64,000 bases of DNA from an uncultured Oscillospiraceae bacterium (GTDB lineage: Bacteria; Bacillota; Clostridia; Oscillospirales; QAMX01). Positions 34,020 to 43,944 of this stretch are shown here, piece by piece. Location: the NCBI GenBank assembly GCA_964461815.1, contig CAYWVF010000009.1, positions 17,522-81,521 of the forward strand, read 5' to 3'. The position numbers and the translations under genes were made by a program. The notes below the pieces were generated by a model, which was not told where the DNA came from, ran no database searches, and worked only from the letters and a program-made list of their open reading frames with translations. Within the stretch, counting starts at the first letter, position 1; each line of letters opens with the position of its first letter.

Positions 34020-34070
34020 ATACACCTATTCGTATCGGTATGAATAATATATATCGAAAGGAATGATCGT

Positions 34071-34931
34071 ATGACTGATATAGCTGTAGCCGTACTCGGG
34101 GGAGATATGCGTCAGGTGAGCCTTGCGGAGCTTATGTCGGGCGGTATCGTAAGAGAGGTCAGGACGTACGCTATGGAGAATGCACCGTCCGGCGTGATAT
34201 ACAAGGCTCCATCACTTGATTCGGCACTTGACGGTGCGGACGCTGTGATACTTCCGCTGCCGCTTTGCGGCGAGAATGGGCTGCTGAATGCGGTATTTTC
34301 GAAAGAAAGCATAGCCGTTGAGAAAATATTCGAGAAAGTACCTCATGGTGCGAGAGTACTTGCAGGTAAGGTAGGAGAAGAAAAGCGTAAGGCAGCTGAA
34401 AGGCTTGGGATAGACATTACAGACTACCTCGAGCGTGAGGAGCTTGCGGTATCAAACGCAGTAGCCACCGCCGAGGGTGCGATACAGATAGCCATGGAGG
34501 AGCTTCCGATAACGCTGCACCGCTCAAGGGCTCTTGTCACGGGCTTTGGCAGGATAGGTAAGGTGCTCGCTCACCGTCTCCGCGAACTCGGAGCTGAGGT
34601 GACGGTATGTGCGAGAAAATGCTCCGACAGAGCGTGGATAGATGCCTACGGCTACAAGGCTTGCGACTACAAATACTTTCCACAGCTTGTGGAAAACTCC
34701 GATGTCGTATTCAATACAGTACCGTCAAGGCTGTTTGGCAGAGCGGAGCTTGAAAAAGCACGGCTTGTGATAGACCTCGCATCAAAGCCGGGCGGAGTCG
34801 AGCTTGATACGGCACGTGAGCTGGGAGTCAAGGTCATATGGGCGCTTTCACTGCCAGGAAAGGTCGCACCGATAACCTCCGCCAGGATCATTTGCGATAC
34901 GGTTATGAATATAATATGCGGCTCGGTATGA
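34071..34931 (+). CDS. dpaA: Dipicolinate synthase subunit A (SpoVFA)
   Basis: 286 aa with a Rossmann motif (VTGFGRIGK), paired with the downstream flavoprotein subunit B. Confidence 0.85.
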   Translation: MTDIAVAVLGGDMRQVSLAELMSGGIVREVRTYAMENAPSGVIYKAPSLDSALDGADAVILPLPLCGENGLLNAVFSKESIAVEKIFEKVPHGARVLAGKVGEEKRKAAERLGIDITDYLEREELAVSNAVATAEGAIQIAMEELPITLHRSRALVTGFGRIGKVLAHRLRELGAEVTVCARKCSDRAWIDAYGYKACDYKYFPQLVENSDVVFNTVPSRLFGRAELEKARLVIDLASKPGGVELDTARELGVKVIWALSLPGKVAPITSARIICDTVMNIICGSV

Positions 34932-34946
34932 TAAAGGAGCATTATC

Positions 34947-35519
34947 ATGGATAAAGTAAGACTTGGATTTGCGTTATGCGGTTCGTTTTGTACGTTCGAG
35001 CGTGTGATACGTGTAATGGAAAGGCTGTCTGAGGACGGCTATGACATATATCCGATCATGTCGGAAAACGCATCGAGCATCGATACGAGATTCGGTACTG
35101 CCGAGAGCTTTGTACATAGGATAGAGGATATTTGCGGAAAAAGGATAATAAATAATATCCACGATGCAGAGCCTATTGGCCCGAAGAAGCTGCTTGATGT
35201 GCTTTTGATAGCACCGTGTACGGGAAATACTCTTGCAAAGCTTGCCTGCGGTATCGCCGACAGCGCAGTGACACTTGCTGCAAAGGCTCATTTCAGAAAC
35301 GAACGAGCGGCAGTGCTTGCAGTGTCCTCAAACGATTCACTTGCAGCGAATGCGATCAATATCGGCACTCTCATGGCAAGAAAAAATATATACCTCGTAC
35401 CACTAAAGCAGGACGATCCGGAGCATAAGCCCAGATCGATAGTAGCCGAGATGGAACTGATACCTGAGACTATACGTGCAGCACTGGACGGAGTCCAGCT
35501 CCAGCCGATACTCATGTAG
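34947..35519 (+). CDS. dpaB: Dipicolinate synthase subunit B (SpoVFB)
   Basis: 190-aa flavoprotein fold (GFALCGSFCTF...APCTGNTLAKLA). Confidence 0.88.
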   Translation: MDKVRLGFALCGSFCTFERVIRVMERLSEDGYDIYPIMSENASSIDTRFGTAESFVHRIEDICGKRIINNIHDAEPIGPKKLLDVLLIAPCTGNTLAKLACGIADSAVTLAAKAHFRNERAAVLAVSSNDSLAANAINIGTLMARKNIYLVPLKQDDPEHKPRSIVAEMELIPETIRAALDGVQLQPILM

Positions 35520-35524
35520 AGACA

Positions 35525-35565
35525 GGCACACTTTTATGAGCATTATATGCTCATAAAAGTGTGCC
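35525..35565 (+). terminator. Perfect 19-bp hairpin after dpaB (no U-tract)
   Basis: GGCACACTTTTATGAGCAT (35525-35543) pairs with ATGCTCATAAAAGTGTGCC (35547-35565). Confidence 0.45.
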
Positions 35566-35576
35566 GAATAAAAGGA

Positions 35577-35605
35577 TTGACAACATAATTTCACTATTGT
35601 ATAAT
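35577..35605 (+). promoter_or_regulatory. Consensus sigma-A promoter for the GH20-like/GH95 operon
   Basis: TTGACA (35577-35582), 17-nt spacer, TATAAT (35600-35605). Confidence 0.65.
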
Positions 35606-35636
35606 TGGGATAAAAGCTAAAAAGGATGGTGTGAGT

Positions 35637-37409
35637 ATGATATTCCCGGAGCCTAAAAGTGAAAAATATTTCGACGGACGCTATGAGCTGAGGTCATATG
35701 ACGGAGAAACGGAGCTTATGCACCTGTATAAAAAATACAAGTGCGGCAGTGAGGAAATAAATATAGCACATGACGAGCTGTACGGTACCGATAAATATTC
35801 TATCGTAATAAACGAGAGCGGTATCACGATCACTGCCTCATGCGACTGCGGTATTTTCAGAGCGATGTCGTCACTTCGTCAGCTCTTAAAGGAAAACGGA
35901 GCATCACTTCCCTACTGTGAGATAGAGGACGAGCCGGATTTCGTAAGACGAAGCTACATGCTCGACATAAGCCGCTGCCGTATGCCTAAGGTAGCGAAGC
36001 TAACGAGGCTCATCGACCTGCTGGCTGACCTTAAGTACAACGAATTTCAGCTGTACATGGAGAATTTCTGCTTTAAATATAAGCATTTCCCGAAATATAC
36101 AGAGGATATCGACTGCCTCACACCGGAGGATATAGAATATCTTGTAGAGTACTGCGAGGATCGCTTCATAGACCTCGTACCGAATCAGAACAGCTTCGGT
36201 CATATGTCAACGTGGCTCGAGCAGGAGGAGTTCAAGAAGCTCGATGTGTCCGGCGGCAGTGAGATCACGGGAACACTCAACACTCTGCTGCCCGAAGCGT
36301 TCGAATTTGTGGACAAGCTGTATGATTCGCTCCTGCCGCACTTCAAGTCCGAGTATGTGAACATAGGTCTTGACGAGGCTTACGGACTCGGAAGATATGC
36401 GCTCGAGGAGCCGTGCCGCATATACGGAAGAGAGAATGTGTTCATGGATTGGCTCAATAAGCTTGCCGAGCATATAAGAGAGAGATACGGTAAAAAGGTG
36501 CAGTTCTGGTCGGATATGATACGAAATTACCCCTCCTCCTTTACACGTGTACCAAAGGATGCTACCGCTCTCAACTGGAGCTATGATCTGATAGACACCT
36601 CCATCATGGAAAAGCACTGCATCGATTTGCATAACAAGGGAGTACGCTATTACGTATGCCCCGGTACGAGCACGTGGATAGGCTTTACGGGACGCTTTGA
36701 CGTGATGAGCTTCAACCTGCGCTCCTGCGGTGAATACGGACGTGACCACGGCGCATACGGCTATATGCTCACCGACTGGGGCTGCGGCGAGGGACATACG
36801 GCATTCCCTGTATGGAGTCTCGTACCCTGCGCTCTCGGCTCACAGTATTCGTGGAACGTAGGCGGTCTGCAAAACGGAGCTAACTTTAAGCCTCACTATA
36901 TCCGTGCCGCACAGAAATATGCCGATGAATATATATTCCATGCTCCCGTGGCAAACTGGCTCTATAAGCTTCAGCAGTATTATCTGCTCGAGCCGGAGCG
37001 CATCCACACCTCCACCATGTGTGCATTCATCATCAGAAAGCCGCTGTCGGAGACTGACATCCCCTACTTCTTCGACCTCAAGGAATGCGGTGAGGACTTC
37101 TATTTCGAGAACATCATATGGTACGTAAATAGAGCACTTGCCGGAGTAGAAAAGGTGGACTTTGACGAGACGATGAAGCGTCAGGTGATACTGAACTCAC
37201 GTATGGTCATCCTGAGTGCGGAGCTGAATATCATAAGGCTGCATCAATGCGCTGAAAATGATAAGATAGACGAGCTTACAGCGATGATAGACGATATTTC
37301 AAAGGAATATGCGTACCTCTGGGATATGGAGAACTACCCGGTCGGAAAGGAGCATTTCCTCGATCAGCTCGCCGACAGAAGAAAAGAGCTTATCGCAATG
37401 CGAAAATAA
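35637..37409 (+). CDS. GH20-like beta-N-acetylhexosaminidase family protein (intracellular)
   Basis: RRSYMLDISRCRMP and VNIGLDEA (Asp-Glu pair) are typical of GH20 catalytic domains. There is no signal peptide. I prefer the ATG at 35637 over the GTG at 35631. Confidence 0.6.
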   Translation: MIFPEPKSEKYFDGRYELRSYDGETELMHLYKKYKCGSEEINIAHDELYGTDKYSIVINESGITITASCDCGIFRAMSSLRQLLKENGASLPYCEIEDEPDFVRRSYMLDISRCRMPKVAKLTRLIDLLADLKYNEFQLYMENFCFKYKHFPKYTEDIDCLTPEDIEYLVEYCEDRFIDLVPNQNSFGHMSTWLEQEEFKKLDVSGGSEITGTLNTLLPEAFEFVDKLYDSLLPHFKSEYVNIGLDEAYGLGRYALEEPCRIYGRENVFMDWLNKLAEHIRERYGKKVQFWSDMIRNYPSSFTRVPKDATALNWSYDLIDTSIMEKHCIDLHNKGVRYYVCPGTSTWIGFTGRFDVMSFNLRSCGEYGRDHGAYGYMLTDWGCGEGHTAFPVWSLVPCALGSQYSWNVGGLQNGANFKPHYIRAAQKYADEYIFHAPVANWLYKLQQYYLLEPERIHTSTMCAFIIRKPLSETDIPYFFDLKECGEDFYFENIIWYVNRALAGVEKVDFDETMKRQVILNSRMVILSAELNIIRLHQCAENDKIDELTAMIDDISKEYAYLWDMENYPVGKEHFLDQLADRRKELIAMRK

Positions 37410-37422
37410 TGCGTGAGAGGAT

Positions 37423-39615
37423 GTGTCAATTTTGAATACTACACTTACATATTCATCACCCACACAGGAGTACATGAGCGGACTTGCCTACGGAGGCAGG
37501 TCGGTCGCCGCGATGGCACTTTGCAGAGGTACAAAGCATCGTATCGCACTGAACCATGAGCGTTTGTGGCGCAGAAAATATGCTAACAGACAGTGCCGTG
37601 AGGTCGCAGATAAGCTGCCGCTCGTGCGTGAGCTGCTGATGAAGCGTGACTTCGAGTCGGCTATGGCACTTGCGAACAACTACTTTGGAGGTCGCGGAGG
37701 ACTGATGAGCTACGGAAAGCGCATGGACTCCTATCAGCCTGCGGGCGACCTCATTATAGCTACGGGTGAGGGTGATTTTTCATCATACAGACGTACTCTG
37801 GAGCTTGAAACCGCTGTTTTTACCGCCGATTACACGCAAAACAGCATAGACTTTCATATAACCTCCTTTGTTGACATAAATTCAGGCACACTCGTCGTAA
37901 GACTCACCTCGTCAAAGCCTGCCGATGCGAAAATATCGCTTTCACGTATCACCGATCCTGAGTGCAGCATAAGCTACAGTCACGGTGAGGACGAGCTCTC
38001 GATGTCGGGCAGCTTCACAGAGGGCGTGAGCTTCGAGCTGTATGCAAGGCTCGTGACAGACGGCACTCTCTCCCCCGAGCATGACGGCTACGCTGTAAAA
38101 AATGCGTCCTGCACCGATATATTCCTGACTACAGCTGTGGACGAGAGTCAAATAGAGCCGTGTATAATATACGATGAGCTGTATAGAACACATACCGAAA
38201 AATTCAGTGAGCTGTTTAATTCCTGTAGGCTCGAGCTTTCGGGTGAGATCACGCAGCTTGATACGGACGAGCGTGTAAGACGCTTTTGTGAGGGCGGTGA
38301 GCCGCTGATACCGCTATTGTATTTTAATTTCGGACGATATCTGATGCTGTGCGGCTCGTCGGGTGAGCTGCCGCTGAATCTACAGGGCAAGTGGAACGAT
38401 GAGCTGACACCACCATGGGAGTCGGACTATCACAACAATATAAATCTGCAAATGAACTACTGGTTTGCGGAAAAGCTGAACATGTCGAAAAATCACGAGG
38501 TGCTGCTCGACTTCATCCTGAGCATGGCAGCTTCGGGACGTGAGGCTGCGAAAAGGCTTTACGGCTGCCGAGGTATATACATTTCCCAGACCACCGATGC
38601 ATCCGGCAGTGTGACTCCCGAGGCATACGGCTACGGTGTATGGGTAGGTGCTGCTCCGTGGTTCTGCGCTCATCTGATGAGTCATTACGAGCACACGCTC
38701 GATTCGGAATATCTGCGAGCTAAGGCTTATCCGTTCATGCGTGAATGTGCGCTGTTTTTCGAGGATTATCTGTGCGAGGTGAACGGTGTGCTTGAGATCA
38801 TGCCGTCACAGTCGCCGGAAAACAGCTTCGTCGAATGCGGAAACGATGCCGGAGTTTCGATATGCATCTCATCTGCGATGGATGTCGAGCTTGTAAGTGA
38901 GCTGCTGCGATCATGCATACGTGCGGCAACGATACTTAAAACAGATGAAGACAAGGTAGAGCTGTGGAAAGGTATGCTTTCAAGGCTTGCAAGGGTAAAG
39001 ATAGGCTCGGACGGACGTATACTTGAATGGGGCGAGGAGCTTACCGAGGTCGAGCCTGAGCACAGGCACATCTCACACCTCTACGGACTGTACCCGTCAT
39101 CACTGTTCCGACCGGGAGATGAGCTGTACAAGGCGGCAGAGCTGTCACTCGACACGAGGCTCAAATACGGCGGAGGTCATACAGGCTGGAGCCGTTCATG
39201 GGTAGCGTGCTGCATGGCACGTCTCGGCAGAGGTGCGGATGCATACGAGCATATACGTGAGCTGATATGTGAGTTCGCAACGGTATCGCTTCTCGATCTG
39301 CATCCGCCCAGAATATTCCAGATAGACGGAAATATGGGCGGCACGGCTGCGATAGGTGAGCTGCTTATAAGATCATGCTACGGCAGGATAGAGCTGCTGC
39401 CTGCGATAAAGGGCTTGCCGAAGGAGTGGCAGAGCGGCAGAGTATACAATGTATGTGCCGAGGGCGGCTGTACGCTGTCGTTCGAATGGGAAAACGGCGA
39501 GGTAGTATGGTACGAGGTGAGCACACAGCACGGCGGCGAGTATACAGTATGTGCAAACGGTGACGAGCGAGTACACACTGTAGCTGCCGATGAGACTGTA
39601 AGAGTAGAAATATAA
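37423..39615 (+). CDS. GH95-like alpha-L-fucosidase/galactosidase family protein
   Basis: LQGKWNDELTPPWESDYHNNINLQMNYWFAE is the GH95 signature. 730 aa, non-ATG start, no signal peptide. Confidence 0.72.
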   Translation: MSILNTTLTYSSPTQEYMSGLAYGGRSVAAMALCRGTKHRIALNHERLWRRKYANRQCREVADKLPLVRELLMKRDFESAMALANNYFGGRGGLMSYGKRMDSYQPAGDLIIATGEGDFSSYRRTLELETAVFTADYTQNSIDFHITSFVDINSGTLVVRLTSSKPADAKISLSRITDPECSISYSHGEDELSMSGSFTEGVSFELYARLVTDGTLSPEHDGYAVKNASCTDIFLTTAVDESQIEPCIIYDELYRTHTEKFSELFNSCRLELSGEITQLDTDERVRRFCEGGEPLIPLLYFNFGRYLMLCGSSGELPLNLQGKWNDELTPPWESDYHNNINLQMNYWFAEKLNMSKNHEVLLDFILSMAASGREAAKRLYGCRGIYISQTTDASGSVTPEAYGYGVWVGAAPWFCAHLMSHYEHTLDSEYLRAKAYPFMRECALFFEDYLCEVNGVLEIMPSQSPENSFVECGNDAGVSICISSAMDVELVSELLRSCIRAATILKTDEDKVELWKGMLSRLARVKIGSDGRILEWGEELTEVEPEHRHISHLYGLYPSSLFRPGDELYKAAELSLDTRLKYGGGHTGWSRSWVACCMARLGRGADAYEHIRELICEFATVSLLDLHPPRIFQIDGNMGGTAAIGELLIRSCYGRIELLPAIKGLPKEWQSGRVYNVCAEGGCTLSFEWENGEVVWYEVSTQHGGEYTVCANGDERVHTVAADETVRVEI

Positions 39616-39653
39616 AAAAAGACTGCGGCTCGATTTGAGCCGCAGCTTTAATT
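39614..39653. terminator. Bidirectional terminator between convergent genes
   Basis: AAAAAAA, then CTGCGGCTC-GATTT-GAGCCGCAG, then CTTTAATTT. Confidence 0.7.
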
Positions 39654-40711
39654 TACTTCTGATGACGCTTTCTGTTTTCGGCAAGGATACGATCACGCTC
39701 AAAGTTGCGGATACGTGCGAATGCCTCATTTGTTTTAGCCCAGATGAGCGCAGGATTCTGTGCTCTGTAGTCAACACCGTCGCTGCCGTAGTAGCCCCAT
39801 GTGATGATTGTGCGTGCGCCTGCATCATATGCAGCCTCTGTAGCCTCGACCAGATCCTCCTCTTCGCCTTTCGGGTTGTTGTAGGTCTGGATCCAGATGT
39901 TGTGATCCTTATTGAATTTCTCACATACGTCGAGATTTCTCTTTGTTCCGTCATATACGAAATCGTATACGCTGAAGTTTTCGGGGTTATTGCGCTTATA
40001 GCCTATCCAGTACGGGTCAGAGCCGATATTGTCAAGATACGGAATAGCGCAAACACGGTCGGCTACCTCAAGGCTCATGCCTACTGTGCCGAGCATTACG
40101 CATACTACGTTTACGATACCCTTTTCATGAGAGTACTTTGTTACCTCTGTCAGGTAGTTTACGATAGAGTCTGTACCGAAGTTGATCGTGTCCTCATCGG
40201 GTGTCTCGGGCATCGGACGGCCGTACTTTTCCTCGAACAGCTTCTTGCAGCGCGGGCAAGCGCAGCTGAAATATGTCTTGTCACCGACTACCTTGTTGTT
40301 GAGCGCAGGCTCATCCCAGAATATCGTCTTGCCGCCGATGTACTCGACTGCATCGATCCAGTCCTTTGTGAACTGAACGAAGTCGGGACTGTTCCAGCAT
40401 GCACGATAGGGAACCATCGTTCCGTCGGAGTAGTATCTGTGGCTGTCGGGATGGTCGGCGAGGAAGAATGACTTCTCACCCGGTGCTCCCGGAAGTCCCC
40501 AGTTATCTATCCAGACCTCGAGTCCTGCGTCCTCGGATGCCTTGACGATATCCTTCATAACGTTCTTGTTGCGGTCCATATCCGTATGTGTAAACATATG
40601 TACAACAAGGTTCATACCATGTGTTGCAAGGTCGAGCATATCCTGAGTTGCATGATGGAGCATACGGTTGCCGTGATAGGCTGTACCGAGCTTTAAGGGC
40701 TTAAGTGCCAT
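39653..40711 (-). CDS. Uncharacterised clan GH-A-like TIM-barrel protein with GH42-like Cys4 pattern
   Basis: 352 aa. ACWNSP...(45 aa)...CACPRC reproduces the C-x44-C-x-C-x-x-C zinc-site spacing I recall for GH42. FWDEP could hold the acid/base Glu. The functional call is inference. Confidence 0.45.
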   Translation of the reverse strand: MALKPLKLGTAYHGNRMLHHATQDMLDLATHGMNLVVHMFTHTDMDRNKNVMKDIVKASEDAGLEVWIDNWGLPGAPGEKSFFLADHPDSHRYYSDGTMVPYRACWNSPDFVQFTKDWIDAVEYIGGKTIFWDEPALNNKVVGDKTYFSCACPRCKKLFEEKYGRPMPETPDEDTINFGTDSIVNYLTEVTKYSHEKGIVNVVCVMLGTVGMSLEVADRVCAIPYLDNIGSDPYWIGYKRNNPENFSVYDFVYDGTKRNLDVCEKFNKDHNIWIQTYNNPKGEEEDLVEATEAAYDAGARTIITWGYYGSDGVDYRAQNPALIWAKTNEAFARIRNFERDRILAENRKRHQK

Positions 40712-40763
40712 AATATTATCCTCCCTGTATTTTTCGATTTGTAATGAGCATTGTTACAATACT

Positions 40764-40791
40764 ATTTTATCAAACGTGCTCCGTAAGTCAA
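40764..40791 (-). promoter_or_regulatory. Putative promoter of the TIM-barrel gene, with downstream dyad TTGTAA-N9-TTACAA (40739-40759)
   Basis: On the minus strand: TTGACT (40791-40786), 16-nt spacer, TAAAAT (40769-40764). Confidence 0.45.
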
Positions 40792-40961
40792 GAATAATTT
40801 TCAACATTCAGCTCAAGGTATTGAGCCGAAATTTCCGTATCGTTCTCGCAGTGCATTCGTAAAACACACATATATCCTCTAAATCAACACGTCAGCTGAC
40901 CGTTTTACACGATATCCCAAACTAACACGCATAAAAATGCGATATTTCGTCAAACAAGGGC

Positions 40962-40990
40962 TTGAAACGATAATAAAAGTATGATATAAT
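40962..40990 (+). promoter_or_regulatory. Sigma-A promoter of the transketolase operon
   Basis: TTGAAA (40962-40967), 17-nt spacer, TATAAT (40985-40990). Confidence 0.6.
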
Positions 40991-41034
40991 AGCTACTTGA
41001 AAAGGATCCACACTAAGAAAGGATGATAACCGAT

Positions 41035-41886
41035 ATGGATAAAGCAAAAACTCTGTGTGAAGTAAAGGCACTTGCCGCACAGATCAGACTTGAAACACTC
41101 AAGGAGCTGGCTCATCTCGGCTTCGGTCACGTTGGCGGAGCAATGAGCATCGTTGAGACGCTGGCAGTTCTTTACGGCGCCGAAATGAAGTACGATCCGA
41201 AGAACCCCAAGTGGGAAGGCAGAGACTACTATGTAATGAGTAAGGGACATGCAGGCCCGGCTCTCTACGCTACACTGGCTATAAAGGGCTTCTTCCCCAT
41301 GGAGTGGCTCAACACACTCAACCAGGGCGGCACAAATCTCCCGTCTCACTGCGATAGAAACAAGACACCGGGTATCGACATGACAACAGGCTCACTCGGA
41401 CAGGGCGTTTCCGCAGCTGTAGGTATCGCAAAGAGCCTTAAGATGGACGGTCAGTCCAACTACGTTTACCTCATGGTAGGCGATGGTGAAATAAACGAAG
41501 GTCAGGTTTGGGAGGGCTGCATGTTTGCCGCTCATCATAAGCTTGATAATCTTATAATGTTCGTTGACTACAATAAGCAGCAGCTCGACGGCAATACAAA
41601 GGACGTTCTCGACATGGGCGACCTCGTTGAGAAATTCTCCTCCTTCGGCTTCAACACAGTAATGGTAAACGGCCATGACGTAGAAGCTATCTATGATGCG
41701 ATCGAGACAGCTAAGACACAGCCCGGCAAGCCGATATGCATCGTGCTCGACACGATCAAGGGCTACGGCTGCTCACAGGCAGAGGGCGTTGTTCCGAATC
41801 ATCATATCGCATTCAAGCCGGGTCAGCTCGATGCTGATATCGCCAAGTGGCAGGCTGAGTACGATCGTCTCAGCGCAGAGTGCTAA
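41035..41886 (+). CDS. Transketolase, N-terminal (TPP-binding) subunit
   Basis: GHVGGAMS, GHAGPALYA and MVGDGEINEGQVWE motifs of split transketolases. Confidence 0.88.
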   Translation: MDKAKTLCEVKALAAQIRLETLKELAHLGFGHVGGAMSIVETLAVLYGAEMKYDPKNPKWEGRDYYVMSKGHAGPALYATLAIKGFFPMEWLNTLNQGGTNLPSHCDRNKTPGIDMTTGSLGQGVSAAVGIAKSLKMDGQSNYVYLMVGDGEINEGQVWEGCMFAAHHKLDNLIMFVDYNKQQLDGNTKDVLDMGDLVEKFSSFGFNTVMVNGHDVEAIYDAIETAKTQPGKPICIVLDTIKGYGCSQAEGVVPNHHIAFKPGQLDADIAKWQAEYDRLSAEC

Positions 41887-41900
41887 AGGAGGTAAGAAGA

Positions 41901-42863
41901 ATGATTACAGTTAAATCCGTTTTTGAAAAAGATCCTGTGGAGCTTCGTGCTACCTTAGCATCCACACTCGTTTCTCTTGCCGAGAATAACAAAAATATCG
42001 TAGCTATGGACGCCGATACACTCGGTTCCTCAGGCTTAAAGCCCTTTAGAAAGGCATTCCCGGAGCAGTACATCGACTGCGGTATCCAGGAAGCTAACAT
42101 GATCGGTATGGCAGCAGGCATGAGCGCTCGCGGCAAGATCCCGTTCGTTCATTCCTTCGGCCCGTTCGTTTCCAGACGTGTATACGATCAGATATTCCTC
42201 AGCGCATGCTATGCAAAGCTCAACGTCAACATCATCGGCTCCGACCCCGGCGTAACAGCTGCATACAACGGCGGTACACATATGCCGTTCGAGGATATGG
42301 GTATCCTGCGCTGCATCCCTGAGATCACACTTATCGAGCCTGCCGACGGCGTACAGCTTGCAAGCATCGTTCGTCAGCTCCCCGAGCTCTACGGAGTACA
42401 TTATATCCGTCTTATGCGTAAGACAGCTACAGGCGTTTACGAGCCGGGCTCTGAGTTCGAGATCGGCAAGGGCGCTCTCCTCCGTCCGGGTAAGGATGTT
42501 ACGATCATCGCTTCCGGTATCATGGTAGCTGAGGCTCTTAAGGCTGCGGCTGCACTTGCAAACGAGGGTATCGATGCAAGAGTTATCAACATCTTCACAT
42601 GGAAGCCTATCGATGAAGAAATCATCGCAAAGGCAGCATGCGAGACAGGCGCTATCGTTACAGCTGAAAACCACAACATCATCGGCGGTCTCGGCTCAGC
42701 AGTTGCAGAGGTTCTTTCCTCTACATGCCCGAAGCCTCTTGAGAGAGTCGGTATCAAGGATGTATTCGGTGAAGTCGGTACAGAGGCTTGGCTTCGTGAG
42801 CATTTCAATCTTACAGCAGATGCTATTGCCGCTGCTGCTAAGAAGGCTATCGCACGCAAGTAA
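41901..42863 (+). CDS. Transketolase, C-terminal (pyrimidine-binding) subunit
   Basis: GIQEANMIGMAAG motif. The start at 41901 has an AAAGGAGG RBS. Confidence 0.88.
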   Translation: MITVKSVFEKDPVELRATLASTLVSLAENNKNIVAMDADTLGSSGLKPFRKAFPEQYIDCGIQEANMIGMAAGMSARGKIPFVHSFGPFVSRRVYDQIFLSACYAKLNVNIIGSDPGVTAAYNGGTHMPFEDMGILRCIPEITLIEPADGVQLASIVRQLPELYGVHYIRLMRKTATGVYEPGSEFEIGKGALLRPGKDVTIIASGIMVAEALKAAAALANEGIDARVINIFTWKPIDEEIIAKAACETGAIVTAENHNIIGGLGSAVAEVLSSTCPKPLERVGIKDVFGEVGTEAWLREHFNLTADAIAAAAKKAIARK

Positions 42864-42884
42864 TTTAAGCTTAGTTTGTTCTAT

Positions 42885-42907
42885 GGGAGACAGCGCCGCT
42901 GTCTCCC
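42885..42907 (+). other. Intra-operon 10-bp perfect hairpin without U-tract
   Basis: GGGAGACAGC-GCC-GCTGTCTCCC between the transketolase and kinase genes. Confidence 0.4.
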
Positions 42908-42932
42908 GTTGGCTATATGAAAGGAGTTACGA

Positions 42933-43901
42933 ATGTACGATATCTGTGCATTAGGCGAATTACTTATAGATTTTACCGAAGCGGGACTCTCAGATGCCGG
43001 TATGCGTCTTTTTGAGCAGAACGCAGGCGGCGCAGTATGCAATATGCTGTGTGCAGCTGCAAGGCTCGGTGCAAATACCACCTTTATAGGCAAGGTCGGA
43101 GACGATATGCACGGTCAGTTCCTGAAATCAACGCTTGAAAATGCCGGGATAGGCACAAAGCATATGATAATGGCGTCGGACGTATTCACAACGCTTGCAT
43201 TCGTAGCACTTGCACCGAACGGCGAGCGTACCTTCTCATTTGCACGTAAGCCCGGTGCAGATACGTGCCTCACAGAGCAGGAGCTTGACGAGGACGTCAT
43301 AAAAAATACAAAAATATTCCACCTCGGTTCACTCTCACTCACAGATGAGCCTGCAAGAGGTACGACCTACAAAGCACTTGAGCTTGCAAGGTCGGCAGGA
43401 GCTGTGATATCATACGATCCGAATTACAGAGCATCGCTCTGGAAAAACGAAGCTCAGGCACGTGAATATATGCGCTCTGTGCTGCCGTATGCGAATATAA
43501 TGAAGCTGTCGGACGAGGAATGTGAGCTGCTGACGGACATTTCGGACGTGTCCGAGGCTGCGAAAAAGCTCAATGCTGCCGGAGTCGAGTGCGTATCGGT
43601 CACATTAGGCTCGGACGGTGCTCTTGTCAGCGTCAGAGGTGAGCAGCAGCATGTCAAGGGTGCGAGATTAGAGCACATAGTCGATACCACAGGCGCAGGT
43701 GATGCGTACATGGGCGGCTTTGTGTACGGCTTCCTTGCATCGGGAAAGAAGCTCTCAGAGCTGACAGTCGCCGATGCGGTGGATTTTGCATACCTCGGAA
43801 ACGCAAGTGCCGGAAAGTGTATCCAAAAGCGCGGCGGCATACCTGCAATGGCTGAGCGTGATGAGGTAATGGCATTATACGAAGAATTAAAGAAATTATA
43901 A
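42933..43901 (+). CDS. PfkB-family carbohydrate kinase
   Basis: GG dipeptide region and the DTTGAGDAYMGGF signature. 322 aa. Confidence 0.8.
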   Translation: MYDICALGELLIDFTEAGLSDAGMRLFEQNAGGAVCNMLCAAARLGANTTFIGKVGDDMHGQFLKSTLENAGIGTKHMIMASDVFTTLAFVALAPNGERTFSFARKPGADTCLTEQELDEDVIKNTKIFHLGSLSLTDEPARGTTYKALELARSAGAVISYDPNYRASLWKNEAQAREYMRSVLPYANIMKLSDEECELLTDISDVSEAAKKLNAAGVECVSVTLGSDGALVSVRGEQQHVKGARLEHIVDTTGAGDAYMGGFVYGFLASGKKLSELTVADAVDFAYLGNASAGKCIQKRGGIPAMAERDEVMALYEELKKL

Positions 43902-43944
43902 GTTCGAAGAAAGGATAAATGCTTTAAAAGCAAGGGTAAAGAAC

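Noticed and set aside
35525-35565. Perfect 19-bp palindrome after dpaB as a mobile-element end or protein-binding site
   Set aside because: There is a single copy in the window, placed exactly at the 3' end of an operon. The simplest explanation is a transcript-stabilising or terminating stem-loop.
40885-40900. 10-bp perfect palindrome GTCAGCTGAC in the spacer between the TIM-barrel gene and the transketolase operon, as an operator
   Set aside because: It is short, isolated and not positioned relative to either predicted promoter. It cannot be distinguished from chance without comparative data.
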